Virus record (IMG/VR): IMGVR_UViG_3300027806_000001
Location: 1-64,000 of that record
DNA length: 64,000 bases
DNA from: a virus
Direction: 5' to 3' (one strand)
Shown: piece after piece, positions 9,664 through 19,784 of the stretch
How the letters are laid out: each line of letters starts with the position of its first letter
Numbering within the stretch: position 1 is the first letter of the stretch
The notes under the pieces: generated by a model
What the model was told of the DNA's origin: nothing
The model's database searches: none
Seen by the model: the letters and a program-made list of their open reading frames with translations, nothing else
Program-made: the position numbers and the translations under genes

Positions 9664-10815
9664 TCAGTATCCGGCGTGCTTGTGCTTCTTGGACGAGGTG
9701 GACAGGACCGCCGCGGTCACCCCGGTCAGGCTCGGGACGGCGCACTTGCCCGCCTTGGCCGAGCCGCCGAACGTGCCCAATTGTAGCGGCTGCGTGTCGA
9801 CGGTGGTCAGTACCAGCAGGCGTACGTCGGCCGGGAGGACGTCCGGCAGGACCTTCAGGGCGGCGGATGCCTCCCCCTTCACGGCGGCCTTGACGATGAT
9901 CAGGGAATTCCCCTGGGCGTACTCCGAGCCGAACCTCAGCAGGTTGCCGGACCGGTAGGCGGCCGGGACCAGCTCGGAGACGTACTGCTGCTTGTCGTGC
10001 AGGACCTGGATCGTGGAGAAGACAGGGGTGCCCTGGGGCAGGACCTGGCCGCGCGCCAGCGGCAGGGAATACGAGGACGGCCCCACGTGGACCGACTTGT
10101 CCGTGTAGACGGTGGCGACGGCCCGGTCGACCACTACCAGCTCCACGGTCTCGTCCTGCAAGGTGACCGGGGTGCCGGAGGCGCCTCCCAGGATACGCAT
10201 CGTGTCCAGCCAGGTGGCGCCGTAGGTGTACATGCGCCAGATCGCGTCGAACGGCACCTTGCGGTAGATCCTGTCGGCGAGCTGCAGGTTCAGGACGTAG
10301 CCGAGCCGTGAGGTCACGAAGCCGGACTCGCGGAGGACCTTCCTGGCGTGGAAGACCGCGGTCTGGCCGTCGACGTAGGTCAGAGGGGTCCTGAAGACGA
10401 TCTTGCCAGGCAGGACCTTGTAGTCGATGCCCTCGCAAAGGATCCTGGTCGGCTTGACCGGGTCGTCGTAGAGGAACGCCACGGAGATGATCGTCGGATC
10501 GCAGTAGTACTCGCCCTCGTTGGAGGAGTCCTCGCCGTACATGTAGCTGGTGCCGTAGCGGCTGGCGAGGTCTCCGTACTCGAACTTCGCCCGGTTGTTG
10601 GAGGCGAAGACGAACCTCTCCCAGGCGGTCGTGCGGCCGGCCGGCACCTCCTTGGCGGAGACCGAGGAGACCAGTTCGTCGGCGGAGATCTCGGACTGGC
10701 CGTGGACGGACAGCACGCCGCGGAGGAGCTGCCGCAGCAGGGCCGCCGAGCGGAACACCGTGGTCCAGAAGGAGCCGATCAGCGAGAGGAGGGTGCGTGG
10801 GAGGATCTGGTTCAC
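9664..10815 (-). CDS. putative baseplate wedge subunit (P2 gpI / T4 gp7-like position), 383 aa
   Basis: GTGA overlap with the baseplate J-like gene; LLSLIGSFWTTVF N-terminus; synteny. Confidence 0.5.
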   Translation of the reverse strand: MNQILPRTLLSLIGSFWTTVFRSAALLRQLLRGVLSVHGQSEISADELVSSVSAKEVPAGRTTAWERFVFASNNRAKFEYGDLASRYGTSYMYGEDSSNEGEYYCDPTIISVAFLYDDPVKPTRILCEGIDYKVLPGKIVFRTPLTYVDGQTAVFHARKVLRESGFVTSRLGYVLNLQLADRIYRKVPFDAIWRMYTYGATWLDTMRILGGASGTPVTLQDETVELVVVDRAVATVYTDKSVHVGPSSYSLPLARGQVLPQGTPVFSTIQVLHDKQQYVSELVPAAYRSGNLLRFGSEYAQGNSLIIVKAAVKGEASAALKVLPDVLPADVRLLVLTTVDTQPLQLGTFGGSAKAGKCAVPSLTGVTAAVLSTSSKKHKHAGY

Positions 10816-12494
10816 GGGCAGTCGAGGACGCTGATGTCGACCATGGAGGTCTCGAGGAAGAACGCGCAGGTGTTGGCCGTGACGCCCTTGGCCGGGTTGT
10901 CGGGGGCCTTGAGCGCGTCGGAGGAGTAGACGACGCTCTTGGTGAGGTCGGGGTTGATGACCACGCCGTACATGTGGATGGGCAGGTCGACGCTGTAGCC
11001 GTCAGGGATGTTCTGGTAGGCGACGTGGACCAGCGCCGAGCCGAACACCGGTCCTCCCACGGGCGCCGAGTTGAACTTGGACACCAGGGCGGACTTCAGG
11101 GCGGCCAGGTCGGGGTCCTGGGCCCCGGAGGGCTTGATCAGGCGCAGCTGCAGGGAGCAGAGGACCGGGACCGGCGCCCGGACCAGCATGTCGGCGGTGA
11201 GGCTGCGCTCCGCGGCCGAGTCGACGTAGGCCTGGATCTCCCGGATGTTGGGCATCTTCAGGTAGTCGACGTAGAACTGCAGCAGTCCGGCGACGTTCAG
11301 CACGCCCACGGGCGGAGCCGACGTGTCGGAGGTCCAGGTCGACATCGCGCTGTTTCCCGCCTCGGTGCCCGACTCCTTGATGTTCGCGTAGGGCACCAGG
11401 AACCGGAAGGTCGCGCGCTGGTAGGCGGTGAACGGAGGAGGATTGCCTCCCACCTCGTGCATGGTGTTGTTCTCCATGGTCCGGGCGTCGGACACGATGG
11501 CGAACGAGGTCAGCTGCACCTGGGGGTTGGACCGGACGGCCTCGATCAGGTAGAGCCCGGCGGCGCGGTCGGAGCCCATCGAGATCTCGACGGTGCCGAG
11601 CCTGGTGGCCGTGTCGTAGGAGACGAGGACGGCCGGCAGGCGCTCGGAGAGCCTGGAGGGGTAGCTGGCCGACTTGACGTGCAGGTCGACGCGGTTGCCG
11701 GTGTGGACTCCGTCGACCAGGTCCCTGGACATCTCGGGATCCAGGAAGCCGACCACGCCGACGTCCTTGATGCCCGGGAACTGGGTCTTGAGCTTGGCCC
11801 GGATGTGCTCCCGGCCTGACAGCGCCTTGCCGACCACGCCGTCCTTGGCCTTGGCCAGCAGGACCGTGTTGTCGTCGGCGTCGGCTCCGCCCGTGAAGTC
11901 GGAGTCGGCATTGACGGTGACCTGGCCGGGGATGGTCGGAGCCACCGCGGTCGCCTTGGTCGAGGCGCGGATGTTGCCGGCGGAGCCTGGCGAGAGCGCG
12001 GTCACGGGGATGACCGCGCTGAACAGGCTGCCGCTGGGCTCGAGGATCCTCTGGTTGGCCAGGCCGGTGTAGAGCGACTCGGCGACCAGCACGTAGGATC
12101 CGTCCGGGGAGTACCGCACCCCTCCCAGGGTGAAGACCACCGAGGGAGGGATGCTGGCGGTCGCGGAGGAGGACATGAAGATCCGCAGGAGGCCCGACGC
12201 GGTCGAGCCCTCGGACCTGGTGACGTTGTAGTTGGACAGCACCCGCTCGAGCTGGACCGGGTCGACCGCGGACGGATCCTTGGAGATCTCGGACAGCGAG
12301 CTGGACACCAGGGCCAGGTCGATCTGCTCCTGGATCCGGGTCTCGAGGTGGGCGTAGATGCGCACGACCAGGTCGCGCAGGGCGGTGCCCGGGGACAGGT
12401 CCAGGGTCGGATAGGCAGCCTGCACGAAGGCCACGATCTGCTCCTCCTTGGAGTAGACCGTCGATGCGGACTGCGATGCCAGCGGGGTTTCCAT
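10812..12494 (-). CDS. baseplate J-like wedge protein (T4 gp6 / P2 gpJ family), 560 aa
   Basis: AYPTLDLSPGTALRDLV, VTALSPGSAGNI and DFTGGADADDNTVLLAK match Baseplate_J-type motifs. Confidence 0.8.
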   Translation of the reverse strand: METPLASQSASTVYSKEEQIVAFVQAAYPTLDLSPGTALRDLVVRIYAHLETRIQEQIDLALVSSSLSEISKDPSAVDPVQLERVLSNYNVTRSEGSTASGLLRIFMSSSATASIPPSVVFTLGGVRYSPDGSYVLVAESLYTGLANQRILEPSGSLFSAVIPVTALSPGSAGNIRASTKATAVAPTIPGQVTVNADSDFTGGADADDNTVLLAKAKDGVVGKALSGREHIRAKLKTQFPGIKDVGVVGFLDPEMSRDLVDGVHTGNRVDLHVKSASYPSRLSERLPAVLVSYDTATRLGTVEISMGSDRAAGLYLIEAVRSNPQVQLTSFAIVSDARTMENNTMHEVGGNPPPFTAYQRATFRFLVPYANIKESGTEAGNSAMSTWTSDTSAPPVGVLNVAGLLQFYVDYLKMPNIREIQAYVDSAAERSLTADMLVRAPVPVLCSLQLRLIKPSGAQDPDLAALKSALVSKFNSAPVGGPVFGSALVHVAYQNIPDGYSVDLPIHMYGVVINPDLTKSVVYSSDALKAPDNPAKGVTANTCAFFLETSMVDISVLDCP

Positions 12495-12498
12495 GGGG

Positions 12499-12954
12499 TT
12501 ACACCGTAGAGATTGACACTGGGGCCAGGATGGTCGAGGAGTCGGCGAAGGTCAGCCGGATGCGCATGACGGCGGAGTCGAGGCGGACGGAGAACGACTC
12601 CAGCCTGGCGCCGCGGATGCGCTCGTCGTCCGGAGCATCCGAGAACGCGTTCGACAGGTAGTTCAGGATGTCCGGCAGGTCGCGGTGGAACTCCTGCAGC
12701 AGCCTGACCTCGGTCGAGATGGATCCGCCCAGCAGGTTCGAGGCAAACCGCGTGCCGTAGTTCGGCTCGGCGGCCACGGAGCCCCTGGCCGTCATGAGCA
12801 GCTTGAGGAACGCCTGCGCGGCCTTCCAGGGGCCCGAGGAGACTGTGCCGGACCCGGAGATGCCGACGAACACGGCCGCCGCGCCGGGATCGGCCGACGT
12901 CTCGAGGATGCAGAGGTCGACGTTGCGGCCGACGTAGTCCTGGCTGATGGTCAT
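12499..12954 (-). CDS. gp25/gpW-like baseplate wedge protein, 151 aa
   Basis: FLKLLMTARGSVAAEPNYGTRF and DERIRGARL typical of GPW_gp25; directly upstream of the J-like gene. Confidence 0.75.
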   Translation of the reverse strand: MTISQDYVGRNVDLCILETSADPGAAAVFVGISGSGTVSSGPWKAAQAFLKLLMTARGSVAAEPNYGTRFASNLLGGSISTEVRLLQEFHRDLPDILNYLSNAFSDAPDDERIRGARLESFSVRLDSAVMRIRLTFADSSTILAPVSISTV

Positions 12955-13358
12955 GATGGCCCCGCGGCGGCGTCGAGCGCCAGGAAGGAGGCGATGCGGG
13001 TCTCGATGGAGTCGGCGAGGCCGGTGGCCTGGCGCGCGATCGACTTCCTGCGGGCGGTCTCCTCGGCGATCCGGCGGATCCGGGAGGAGTACCTGAAGGC
13101 GGCGTCCCGGTGGATGGCGGCCACGAGGTCGTTCTGCACCTGGTTGCGCATCAGGTCGAAGTCCTTGACGCGGTCCTTGGCGGCCTCCTCCAGGTAGGCC
13201 TGCTCGAGCTCGTTGCGGTCGAAGGCCTCGGCCAGGCCCTGCCGGGTGTTGTCGCCCTCGGTCGGCTCGAACGGGGCGCGGAACACCTTGCCCTCGGACG
13301 AGGAGTCCTTGGCAGCCTTGCGCAGCAGGTCGATGGCCTTGCGGGTCGCCTCGTTCAC
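12951..13358 (-). CDS. hypothetical helical protein, 135 aa (GTG start re-called)
   Basis: GTGA overlap with the sigma stop at 13355-13358; charged helical sequence (V/M)NEATRKAIDLLRK... Confidence 0.6.
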   Translation of the reverse strand: MNEATRKAIDLLRKAAKDSSSEGKVFRAPFEPTEGDNTRQGLAEAFDRNELEQAYLEEAAKDRVKDFDLMRNQVQNDLVAAIHRDAAFRYSSRIRRIAEETARRKSIARQATGLADSIETRIASFLALDAAAGPS

Positions 13359-14107
13359 TGCATGCTCCTGTTGATGGCGGCGTACTCGTCGAGCTTGGCC
13401 GCCAGGCCTGCGGTGAGCTGGCTGACGCGGCCCGGGCTGATCTTGAGCCGGGCGGCGACCTGGGTGTTGCTCAGCAGCGGCTTGCCGTTGTAGCCCAGGC
13501 GGTGGTCGAGGATGACCTGCTCGGTCGGGCTGAGCGACGGGTACATCGTGGCGAGGACGTCCTTGTTGAAGCCGAGGTTCTTGACCGCGGTCATCTCCTG
13601 GGAGCTGGCCGGGGTGTCGCCGCCGGCCACGACCGCGCTCTCGCTGAAGGTGCGCTTGTCCAGGCCGCGGATCTTGCCCAGCTGGCGGACGGACATGCCG
13701 GTCAGGTCGGCCAGCTCCTGCTCCGACGGCGGCCTGCCCTTGTTCTCGTAGAAGTCGGCCTCCTGGCGGCGCAGGGCGCTCAGCTGCTGGTAGACCCGCT
13801 CGGGCATCGGGGACGGCATGATGTCGCGGGCGTACCTGGAGATGGGCTGGAGCTGGGTGTAGACCCAGCTGCGCAGGGCCGAGCCGGAGTCGGGGGAGTA
13901 GTTCTTGATGGCCTTGACGGCCAGGAGCTTGGCCTTGCTGCGGACGGCCGGGCCGGCGTTCATCCCCGAGTAGGCGTAGACCGCCTTGTCCAGGTCCGGC
14001 GACAGGGCGTCCAGCATCTGGTTCATGTACTGCGGATCCTGGGTGCGCGTCCACTGGGCGTGGACGTCGTTCAGGGTGGTCTTCTTGATGGCCGGGGCCG
14101 GGGTCAT
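13355..14107 (-). CDS. phage-encoded sigma-70-family factor (regions 2, 3, 4), 250 aa
   Basis: AVKAIKNYSPDSGSALRSWV (region 2-like), GRPPSEQELADLTGMS (region 3), LSPTEQVILDHRLG...SNTQVAARLKISPGRVSQL (region 4 HTH). Confidence 0.8.
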   Translation of the reverse strand: MTPAPAIKKTTLNDVHAQWTRTQDPQYMNQMLDALSPDLDKAVYAYSGMNAGPAVRSKAKLLAVKAIKNYSPDSGSALRSWVYTQLQPISRYARDIMPSPMPERVYQQLSALRRQEADFYENKGRPPSEQELADLTGMSVRQLGKIRGLDKRTFSESAVVAGGDTPASSQEMTAVKNLGFNKDVLATMYPSLSPTEQVILDHRLGYNGKPLLSNTQVAARLKISPGRVSQLTAGLAAKLDEYAAINRSMQ

Positions 14108-14113
14108 TCCTGG

Positions 14114-14121
14114 ATTGTACC
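14114..14121 (-). promoter_or_regulatory. -10-like element GGTACAAT, 6 nt before the sigma ATG
   Basis: Direct reading; one of 12 similar sites. Confidence 0.55.
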
Positions 14122-15762
14122 TCAGGGGGAATATAGGCCGGTTGAAAAGTCGTACTTATAGTCGAACAGCGTCTGGAACGGAGCGCTGCCGGCCCCGTCG
14201 CCCAGGTCGTCGAACAGCTTGACGTCCGCGTCGTTCATGACGTGCCGCATGCGGAGGATCGTGTTGACGACGGCGCTCTCGGCCGAGAAGTTGTAGGTCA
14301 CGCTCTCCACGATCCCGACGCAGGCGTTGGAGGAGTTGAGGCCCGAGATCTTGTTCGCCGGGAATGTGTACTTCAGTCGCATGCCGGGGGCGAAGTCCAG
14401 GGCGAATCCGAAGATCACGTCCTGGGTCTTCGAGGAGTAGACGGTGTTGAAGTAGGCCTGCTTGGCCAGGGCGTCGCCCAGGGGCTTGACCGAGGCCAGG
14501 TTGGACGCCAGGGCGGCCGAATTTGAGGTCGGAGGCTGGGAGATGGGGAAGAGGCCCTGCCTGGCGTCGAATTCAAAGCCCCCGAAGCCGGGCAGCATGG
14601 TGTTGTACAGATAGGGCGGCGTTGGTATCACAAGCCACCCGCCGTAGGCTTCCTCGTCGCCAGCTGGCACCTTCAGGTTGTACTGTCCTACGAAGCGGGT
14701 CTCTATCTTCGTAGGTTCCTGGGGCGTGTTCGCGACCGACACCCTGCCGGACCCTCCGTACATGATGGTCCCGATCGGAAGCCTGACGGGGTTGGGCGAC
14801 GCGGCCCCCAGGTCGAACGCCGTTGCGTCTATCGTCATGTCGACCTCGCCGACGGGCCTGTAGGGCATCAACTCCGCAATGCTTGCTGAGGAGTTGAGGG
14901 GAGGACGGGGAGACAGGACGACTCCGAACGGAGAAAAGAGCATCAGCAGCTTCTCAAAGGCTGTGGCTCCGCCTTGGCCTGCCGAGATCAAGCTGACGAA
15001 CTGATCGTGCATTTGCGTCAAGACGCCTGCCACTCCGAACGCCGGCTTTACGGAATCCAGCAGCTTCAGGTTTTCCGAACCGATCCGCTCAAGGCCGGAT
15101 TCAACCCTGTCGTTGTTCGAGTCGACGCTCTGACCTCCGAAGAAGTTCGCCAGAGGCGACGTCGCCGCAGTGATCATCGCCGGCTGCAGAATGTCAGTCC
15201 ACCAGTTCGAGCTCAGGTACTCGTCCGTACGGACGATCTTTCCTTCGTTGGGCTCCCTGTAGAGTGCAAACCCGGTCCCCTCGACGTTTCTCTTGACCCT
15301 GGTGGTGAACCAGTCGGAAGGCGTCGACCGGTCGAAGTCACCCGAGCCGAAGGCCGTGATGTCCAGGTCGCTGAGTCTGCCGACGAGGGAGATGACCGTG
15401 CTGGATCCTCCGGTGCTGACGCTGACGGAGGCGCTCTGGATGTAGCCGTCGAACAAAAGCTCCCGGTAGGCGGGAGCCGACGGCTTCAGCTTTATGCCCT
15501 GGGGGTGCGGGTCTCCGGCCTGGCCGATCACGTAGAGCCGGGCCCTTTTCCGGCCCTGCAGGTCTTCCGGCGTCAACAGCACCTCGTTGCCGCTCAGGTC
15601 CGCGGTGACGCCCGACGGTATCTTCACCGTGGCGGAGGGGATCTGGTTCAGCACGTACTCGGCCATGGCTGCGACGACCGGAATCTTCTTGTCGCCCAGC
15701 TCCAGCACCACCTGCAGCTGGTGGATGGTCGCGTTTCTGGGGATGTAGGAGGGGGCCGACAT
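14122..15762 (-). CDS. putative baseplate hub protein (T4 gp27 / P2 gpD-like), 546 aa (start re-called)
   Basis: TGATG overlap at 15760-15764; beta-barrel-like ends (LLFDGYIQSASVSV; GIVESVTYNFSAE); lies downstream of the tape measure. Confidence 0.55.
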   Translation of the reverse strand: MSAPSYIPRNATIHQLQVVLELGDKKIPVVAAMAEYVLNQIPSATVKIPSGVTADLSGNEVLLTPEDLQGRKRARLYVIGQAGDPHPQGIKLKPSAPAYRELLFDGYIQSASVSVSTGGSSTVISLVGRLSDLDITAFGSGDFDRSTPSDWFTTRVKRNVEGTGFALYREPNEGKIVRTDEYLSSNWWTDILQPAMITAATSPLANFFGGQSVDSNNDRVESGLERIGSENLKLLDSVKPAFGVAGVLTQMHDQFVSLISAGQGGATAFEKLLMLFSPFGVVLSPRPPLNSSASIAELMPYRPVGEVDMTIDATAFDLGAASPNPVRLPIGTIMYGGSGRVSVANTPQEPTKIETRFVGQYNLKVPAGDEEAYGGWLVIPTPPYLYNTMLPGFGGFEFDARQGLFPISQPPTSNSAALASNLASVKPLGDALAKQAYFNTVYSSKTQDVIFGFALDFAPGMRLKYTFPANKISGLNSSNACVGIVESVTYNFSAESAVVNTILRMRHVMNDADVKLFDDLGDGAGSAPFQTLFDYKYDFSTGLYSP

Positions 15763-16499
15763 CAGAAGGAGTCCACCGAGAGGATGAATGCCGCGACCGC
15801 GTCCTCGGCGATGTCGCCGGCGACGGCGTCCAGGTACTCCTGGGCGGGCTGCATGCGCAGCAGGAAGTCCTTGTTGGCCTGCACCGCGGCAAGGATGCCC
15901 GAGAAGTCGCCGGAGTACGGGATGCGCAGCTCGGCCGACCACGAGACCGTCGACACGGAGGACGAGGCCACGATGCTGCGGCCCGAGCCGGGGACCGGCG
16001 TGGCCGGAAGGGGCGTCGAGGTGGAGAACGGCGATCCGACCGCGACTCCGTCCACCCTGAGCTGCAGGTTGGGGCTGGTGCCCGAGATGGAGATGCGCCA
16101 GCTGGACCTGTCGGGATCGACCGAGCCGCCCAGCACCAGCCTGACGTTCAGGCCGGAGACGGCGCCCTCGACGTCGACCAGGCCTTCGGGCTCGTCGAAG
16201 ATGGGCGCCAGGGAATCCAGCGCCCCGAGGCCCGACCTCCAGGAGATCCTGTCGGAGAACCGGCTCGAGCGCAGGATGTAGCCCAGGTGCCGGACCCTGC
16301 GCGCCACCTGGCGGGAGTCGGCCGAGTCCAGGCCGAGGATCGCCGCGGCGCGGAGGTAGGTCTCCAGCTTGTCGGAGGGGTAGGAGCCCTGCGATACGGG
16401 CGGGATGCCGGCGATGTCCGCCAGGCCTTGCCTGCCGTGGAGCAGCTTGGCGAACGGACGGTCGACCGGAACCGGATTGGCCGAAGAGTAGGTGCTCAT
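15762..16499 (-). CDS. putative baseplate hub-associated protein, 245 aa (start re-called)
   Basis: ATGA overlap at 16496-16499; synteny only. Confidence 0.5.
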   Translation of the reverse strand: MSTYSSANPVPVDRPFAKLLHGRQGLADIAGIPPVSQGSYPSDKLETYLRAAAILGLDSADSRQVARRVRHLGYILRSSRFSDRISWRSGLGALDSLAPIFDEPEGLVDVEGAVSGLNVRLVLGGSVDPDRSSWRISISGTSPNLQLRVDGVAVGSPFSTSTPLPATPVPGSGRSIVASSSVSTVSWSAELRIPYSGDFSGILAAVQANKDFLLRMQPAQEYLDAVAGDIAEDAVAAFILSVDSF

Positions 16500-17014
16500 G
16501 AATCCCTCACGGGCGGTATGACGGTCAGGGTCATGGTGAACTTGGCCCAGCCGAACGTCGCGGCGTCGGAGGAGATCTGCAGGGTCATGCCGTCGATGAA
16601 CCCCTTGATGGTGACGGGGGGCATGACCACGCTGACGGGATCCTGCAGCCGCTTGAAGCTGGAGGCCCTGTTCTGCTCGTAGAAGTCGAGGATCGTCTGG
16701 GCGCCGTTGTACTGCCGGGGATCCCCGCGGGTGGGTCCGACGAAGTTGCATGCCTGCGACGGGAGGGCGACTCCTGAGATCTGGCACTTCGAGACGTCGT
16801 TGCCCAGCGGGTAGATGTACAGGCTGTCTCCGATGGTCGGGAAGTAGGCCATCTTGATGGCCTGCGACATGGCTACCGACGAGATGAGCATGGGGAACTC
16901 GCCGCCCAGCAGCGAGGTGCCGCCGGCATCCTGGATGTCGACGCTGACCATGCCCTGCTGCGCGCCCTGGACGATGGCGTAGGAACCTTGGGGAGCTGGG
17001 AAGAGGTCCGGCAT
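16496..17014 (-). CDS. tail-tube-like initiator protein, 172 aa
   Basis: LISSVAMSQAIKMAYFPTIGDSLYIYPLG parallels the tube segment LVQNVQIAYQQQISFVYDLAKADDVYYIAG; follows the tape measure. Confidence 0.6.
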   Translation of the reverse strand: MPDLFPAPQGSYAIVQGAQQGMVSVDIQDAGGTSLLGGEFPMLISSVAMSQAIKMAYFPTIGDSLYIYPLGNDVSKCQISGVALPSQACNFVGPTRGDPRQYNGAQTILDFYEQNRASSFKRLQDPVSVVMPPVTIKGFIDGMTLQISSDAATFGWAKFTMTLTVIPPVRDS

Positions 17015-17016
17015 GG

Positions 17017-19764
17017 TCAGTTTCCGTTCGCCTTCGCGAGGGCAGCCTCTACGGTCTTGTTCAGCTTCTCGATGCTTGCATTCATCTTCCTGACCTCCTC
17101 GAGCAGCTCCTGGTTGACCACGGCAGAGCCGGTGCCGGTCGCCGCGCCCGCGGCCGTCGGGTTGGGAGTGCTCTGGGCGCCGCCTCCGGCCGCAGCGCCT
17201 GCCGCAGCGCCCACCACGGGCGTGGAGGCGGAGGTTCCGGCGTTCGTTCCTGGAGCCGCCGCGCCTGACGAGGTTCCGGTCGCGTTGGGGGTGTTCGCCG
17301 GATTGGGCGACGTGGACGAGGGAGTCTGCTGCGCGCCCAGCTTGCTTTTGGCGGCCTCGACCTTCGCCAGGGCGTTGTCGATTATCGCCAGTTCCCTGTC
17401 GTCCGCGGTCGCCGCCTTGTCGCTCTCAAGCTGCTTCTGAGTCTGGTCCAGCAAGCCGCTCTGCTCTTCCGGCGACAGGCCCTGCAGGAGCTTGACCATG
17501 TCCTCCAGGTTCATCTCCGTACCGCCCATGGCCCTGATCTTTTCGGCCAGGTTGCCCTTGGGGGCCAGCTTCGTGAAGACGTCCTTCATGCGCTCCAGGC
17601 CGGCTACATGAAGTCTTGCGTCCTGCTCCGGGACGAACACGGCGCGAACATCGTCGCCTGCCACCTTTATCTTTTTGTTTATGTCGAAGAAGACTCCGAG
17701 GGCAGCGCTCCTGGAGGTGTCTCCCAAGGCGCCTTGAAGCTGCGTCAGCTGGCTTTGGTCCAGTTTCAACAGCTGAGAGACGAACTCCTCGTCGGTCTTC
17801 GCGTTCTTCAGGGCGTCGAACTGGGAGCCGGCCAGTCCTCCGACCGCCGACCTGACGTCGGCGAGACCCGCCCCGCTCTTGCCCATGTACCGGTCGATGA
17901 CCCTGGTCACGTCCGCGCGGGCGCTTGCCCGGGAGGCCTCGCCGAAGACCTGAGGATTGGCCTCAAATCCCATCGCGGCGTTGCTGGAGCCCATGTAGTC
18001 CGACATCATGGCCTGGTTGACGCCGTGCTGCGCCAGGAAGTCCTGCACGTCCTGCTGACCCTTGGTCCCGTTCTTGAGACCCTGCACGAGCTCGGCGTAT
18101 CCGGGCTGCTGCTCGAGCTGCTTGGCCGACAGCTCCCTGGTCGCCTTGAGCAGGTTGCCGAGGCCCATTCCCGAGGACGTGTTCATGTAGACCTGGGAGG
18201 TGTCGACGGCCTGCGCCAGGGCCGCGCCCGGATCCATGGAGATGCCCATGGTCCTCATCCCATGCACCATCGCGCTGGCGGACGTCATGATCTCCACGCC
18301 TGCGCGGCCGCCCAGCCCTATGCCTTTGGCCATGTCGGTGGCGGCCATGATCATGCCCATGGACTGCTTCGAGTCCAGCCCTATCAGGCCTCCGATGGAG
18401 ATGGCCTCGGCGATCGGCTGGAACATTTCCCTGTTGGCGCGCCGGTTGGCCTCGTCGCGGAAGAACCGATCGCTCTGGCTCGCGTTGGTCGGATCGGCCC
18501 GCAGGGCGCGCTCGGCCTCGCCGACCGCCGATCCCAGCTGGCGGCCGAAGTCGTTGCCGTAGACCTGCTTCATCGAGGCCACGGTCTCGGCGATGGTCAT
18601 GTTGACCCGCTTGCTGAGGTCGGAGATGCCCTTGAAGTTCTCGAGCTGCTTGGCGATCGTGTCCTCGAGCTCCTTGACCTGGTTCGTGTCCAGGTTGCCG
18701 AAGGTGTCGACCCCTCCGGTCGTGAGCATGCCCTGCCTGGCCAGCTCGCGGGTCAGCGTCATGCCGCGCACCATGTCCAGGCCCTGGATGTCGCCCTTCA
18801 CCATCCGGTCGGCCAGGCCCATGGCGACGCTTTCGGCCGCGAAGCCCTTGCCTCCGGAGAATCCGGCCATGTTGAGGCCCCCCAGCATCGCCAGGGACTG
18901 GGAGGCCGCGGGCGCGAACAGACGCGGGTCGCTGTCGGCGCCGGTGGCGTTCAGGGCGACCTCCAGCAGACCTCCGACCACCGGGTTGTCCACCGAAATG
19001 CCTGCGCCCATCAGCATCGGAGCCACGGTGGTGGCGAACGCGTTCATCCCGGAGGCGTTGTTCGCGGCCCGGATCGCCTTGTCGACCTCGGCCTGGTTCT
19101 GCTTCATGAACGCGTCGGCCGCGGCCGAGTCTCCGGTCCTGCCGAGCTTGATCGCCTGCTGCAGCACGGGATCGTCCATGTTGACGCCGGAGATGGCGCT
19201 CATGGTGTCGAAGGCGCCCTTGAACCTTGCGTCCTGCCGCAGGGTGTCGGCGTTGGCCAGGCCCTGGAGCATGCGCAGGGACTCGGCGCTGTCGCCGGCG
19301 GTCAGCTCCATGAGCGTCGGCATCGGCGCGTTGCTGAAGTTGGCCTGGTACTGCATGGCGGCCTGGTTGAAGGCCTGGGCCTGCTGGATGTTCACGAAGT
19401 CCGACGGCAGGCTCTGATACGGGGTCATTCCGACCCCCATCTGGCCCATCATCCGGGAGACCATGAAGTTGCCGACGTCCTGGTTCATGCCGATCGGCAT
19501 GGTGCCCATCATGTTCGTGACGGCGCCGCTGAGCCCGGGCATGAGGTTCTTGATGGCCGGATTTTGCGCCATCGCCCCCAGCATGTTCACGATCTGGGCG
19601 GCGCTGTCACCGCCGACCGCCCCCGCCAGGCCCGCGATCTGCCCGAACATGCTCGGGTTCTGAGGCACGTAGGGCGAGAAGTAGCTCCCCTGGTTCAGGC
19701 CGTACCGCTGCATGGCCGCATCGGCCTGGCTGCGCATGGAGAAGTCTGGAGGGAAGGAAGACAT
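17017..19764 (-). CDS. tape measure protein, 915 aa
   Basis: Long Ala/Gly/Met-rich helical protein directly after the G/GT chaperone locus. Confidence 0.75.
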   Translation of the reverse strand: MSSFPPDFSMRSQADAAMQRYGLNQGSYFSPYVPQNPSMFGQIAGLAGAVGGDSAAQIVNMLGAMAQNPAIKNLMPGLSGAVTNMMGTMPIGMNQDVGNFMVSRMMGQMGVGMTPYQSLPSDFVNIQQAQAFNQAAMQYQANFSNAPMPTLMELTAGDSAESLRMLQGLANADTLRQDARFKGAFDTMSAISGVNMDDPVLQQAIKLGRTGDSAAADAFMKQNQAEVDKAIRAANNASGMNAFATTVAPMLMGAGISVDNPVVGGLLEVALNATGADSDPRLFAPAASQSLAMLGGLNMAGFSGGKGFAAESVAMGLADRMVKGDIQGLDMVRGMTLTRELARQGMLTTGGVDTFGNLDTNQVKELEDTIAKQLENFKGISDLSKRVNMTIAETVASMKQVYGNDFGRQLGSAVGEAERALRADPTNASQSDRFFRDEANRRANREMFQPIAEAISIGGLIGLDSKQSMGMIMAATDMAKGIGLGGRAGVEIMTSASAMVHGMRTMGISMDPGAALAQAVDTSQVYMNTSSGMGLGNLLKATRELSAKQLEQQPGYAELVQGLKNGTKGQQDVQDFLAQHGVNQAMMSDYMGSSNAAMGFEANPQVFGEASRASARADVTRVIDRYMGKSGAGLADVRSAVGGLAGSQFDALKNAKTDEEFVSQLLKLDQSQLTQLQGALGDTSRSAALGVFFDINKKIKVAGDDVRAVFVPEQDARLHVAGLERMKDVFTKLAPKGNLAEKIRAMGGTEMNLEDMVKLLQGLSPEEQSGLLDQTQKQLESDKAATADDRELAIIDNALAKVEAAKSKLGAQQTPSSTSPNPANTPNATGTSSGAAAPGTNAGTSASTPVVGAAAGAAAGGGAQSTPNPTAAGAATGTGSAVVNQELLEEVRKMNASIEKLNKTVEAALAKANGN

Positions 19765-19776
19765 GGATTTTCCGCA

Positions 19777-19784
19777 ATTTTACC
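19777..19784 (-). promoter_or_regulatory. -10-like element GGTAAAAT upstream of the tape measure gene
   Basis: 12 nt before ATG; overlaps the GT stop codon. Confidence 0.45.
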
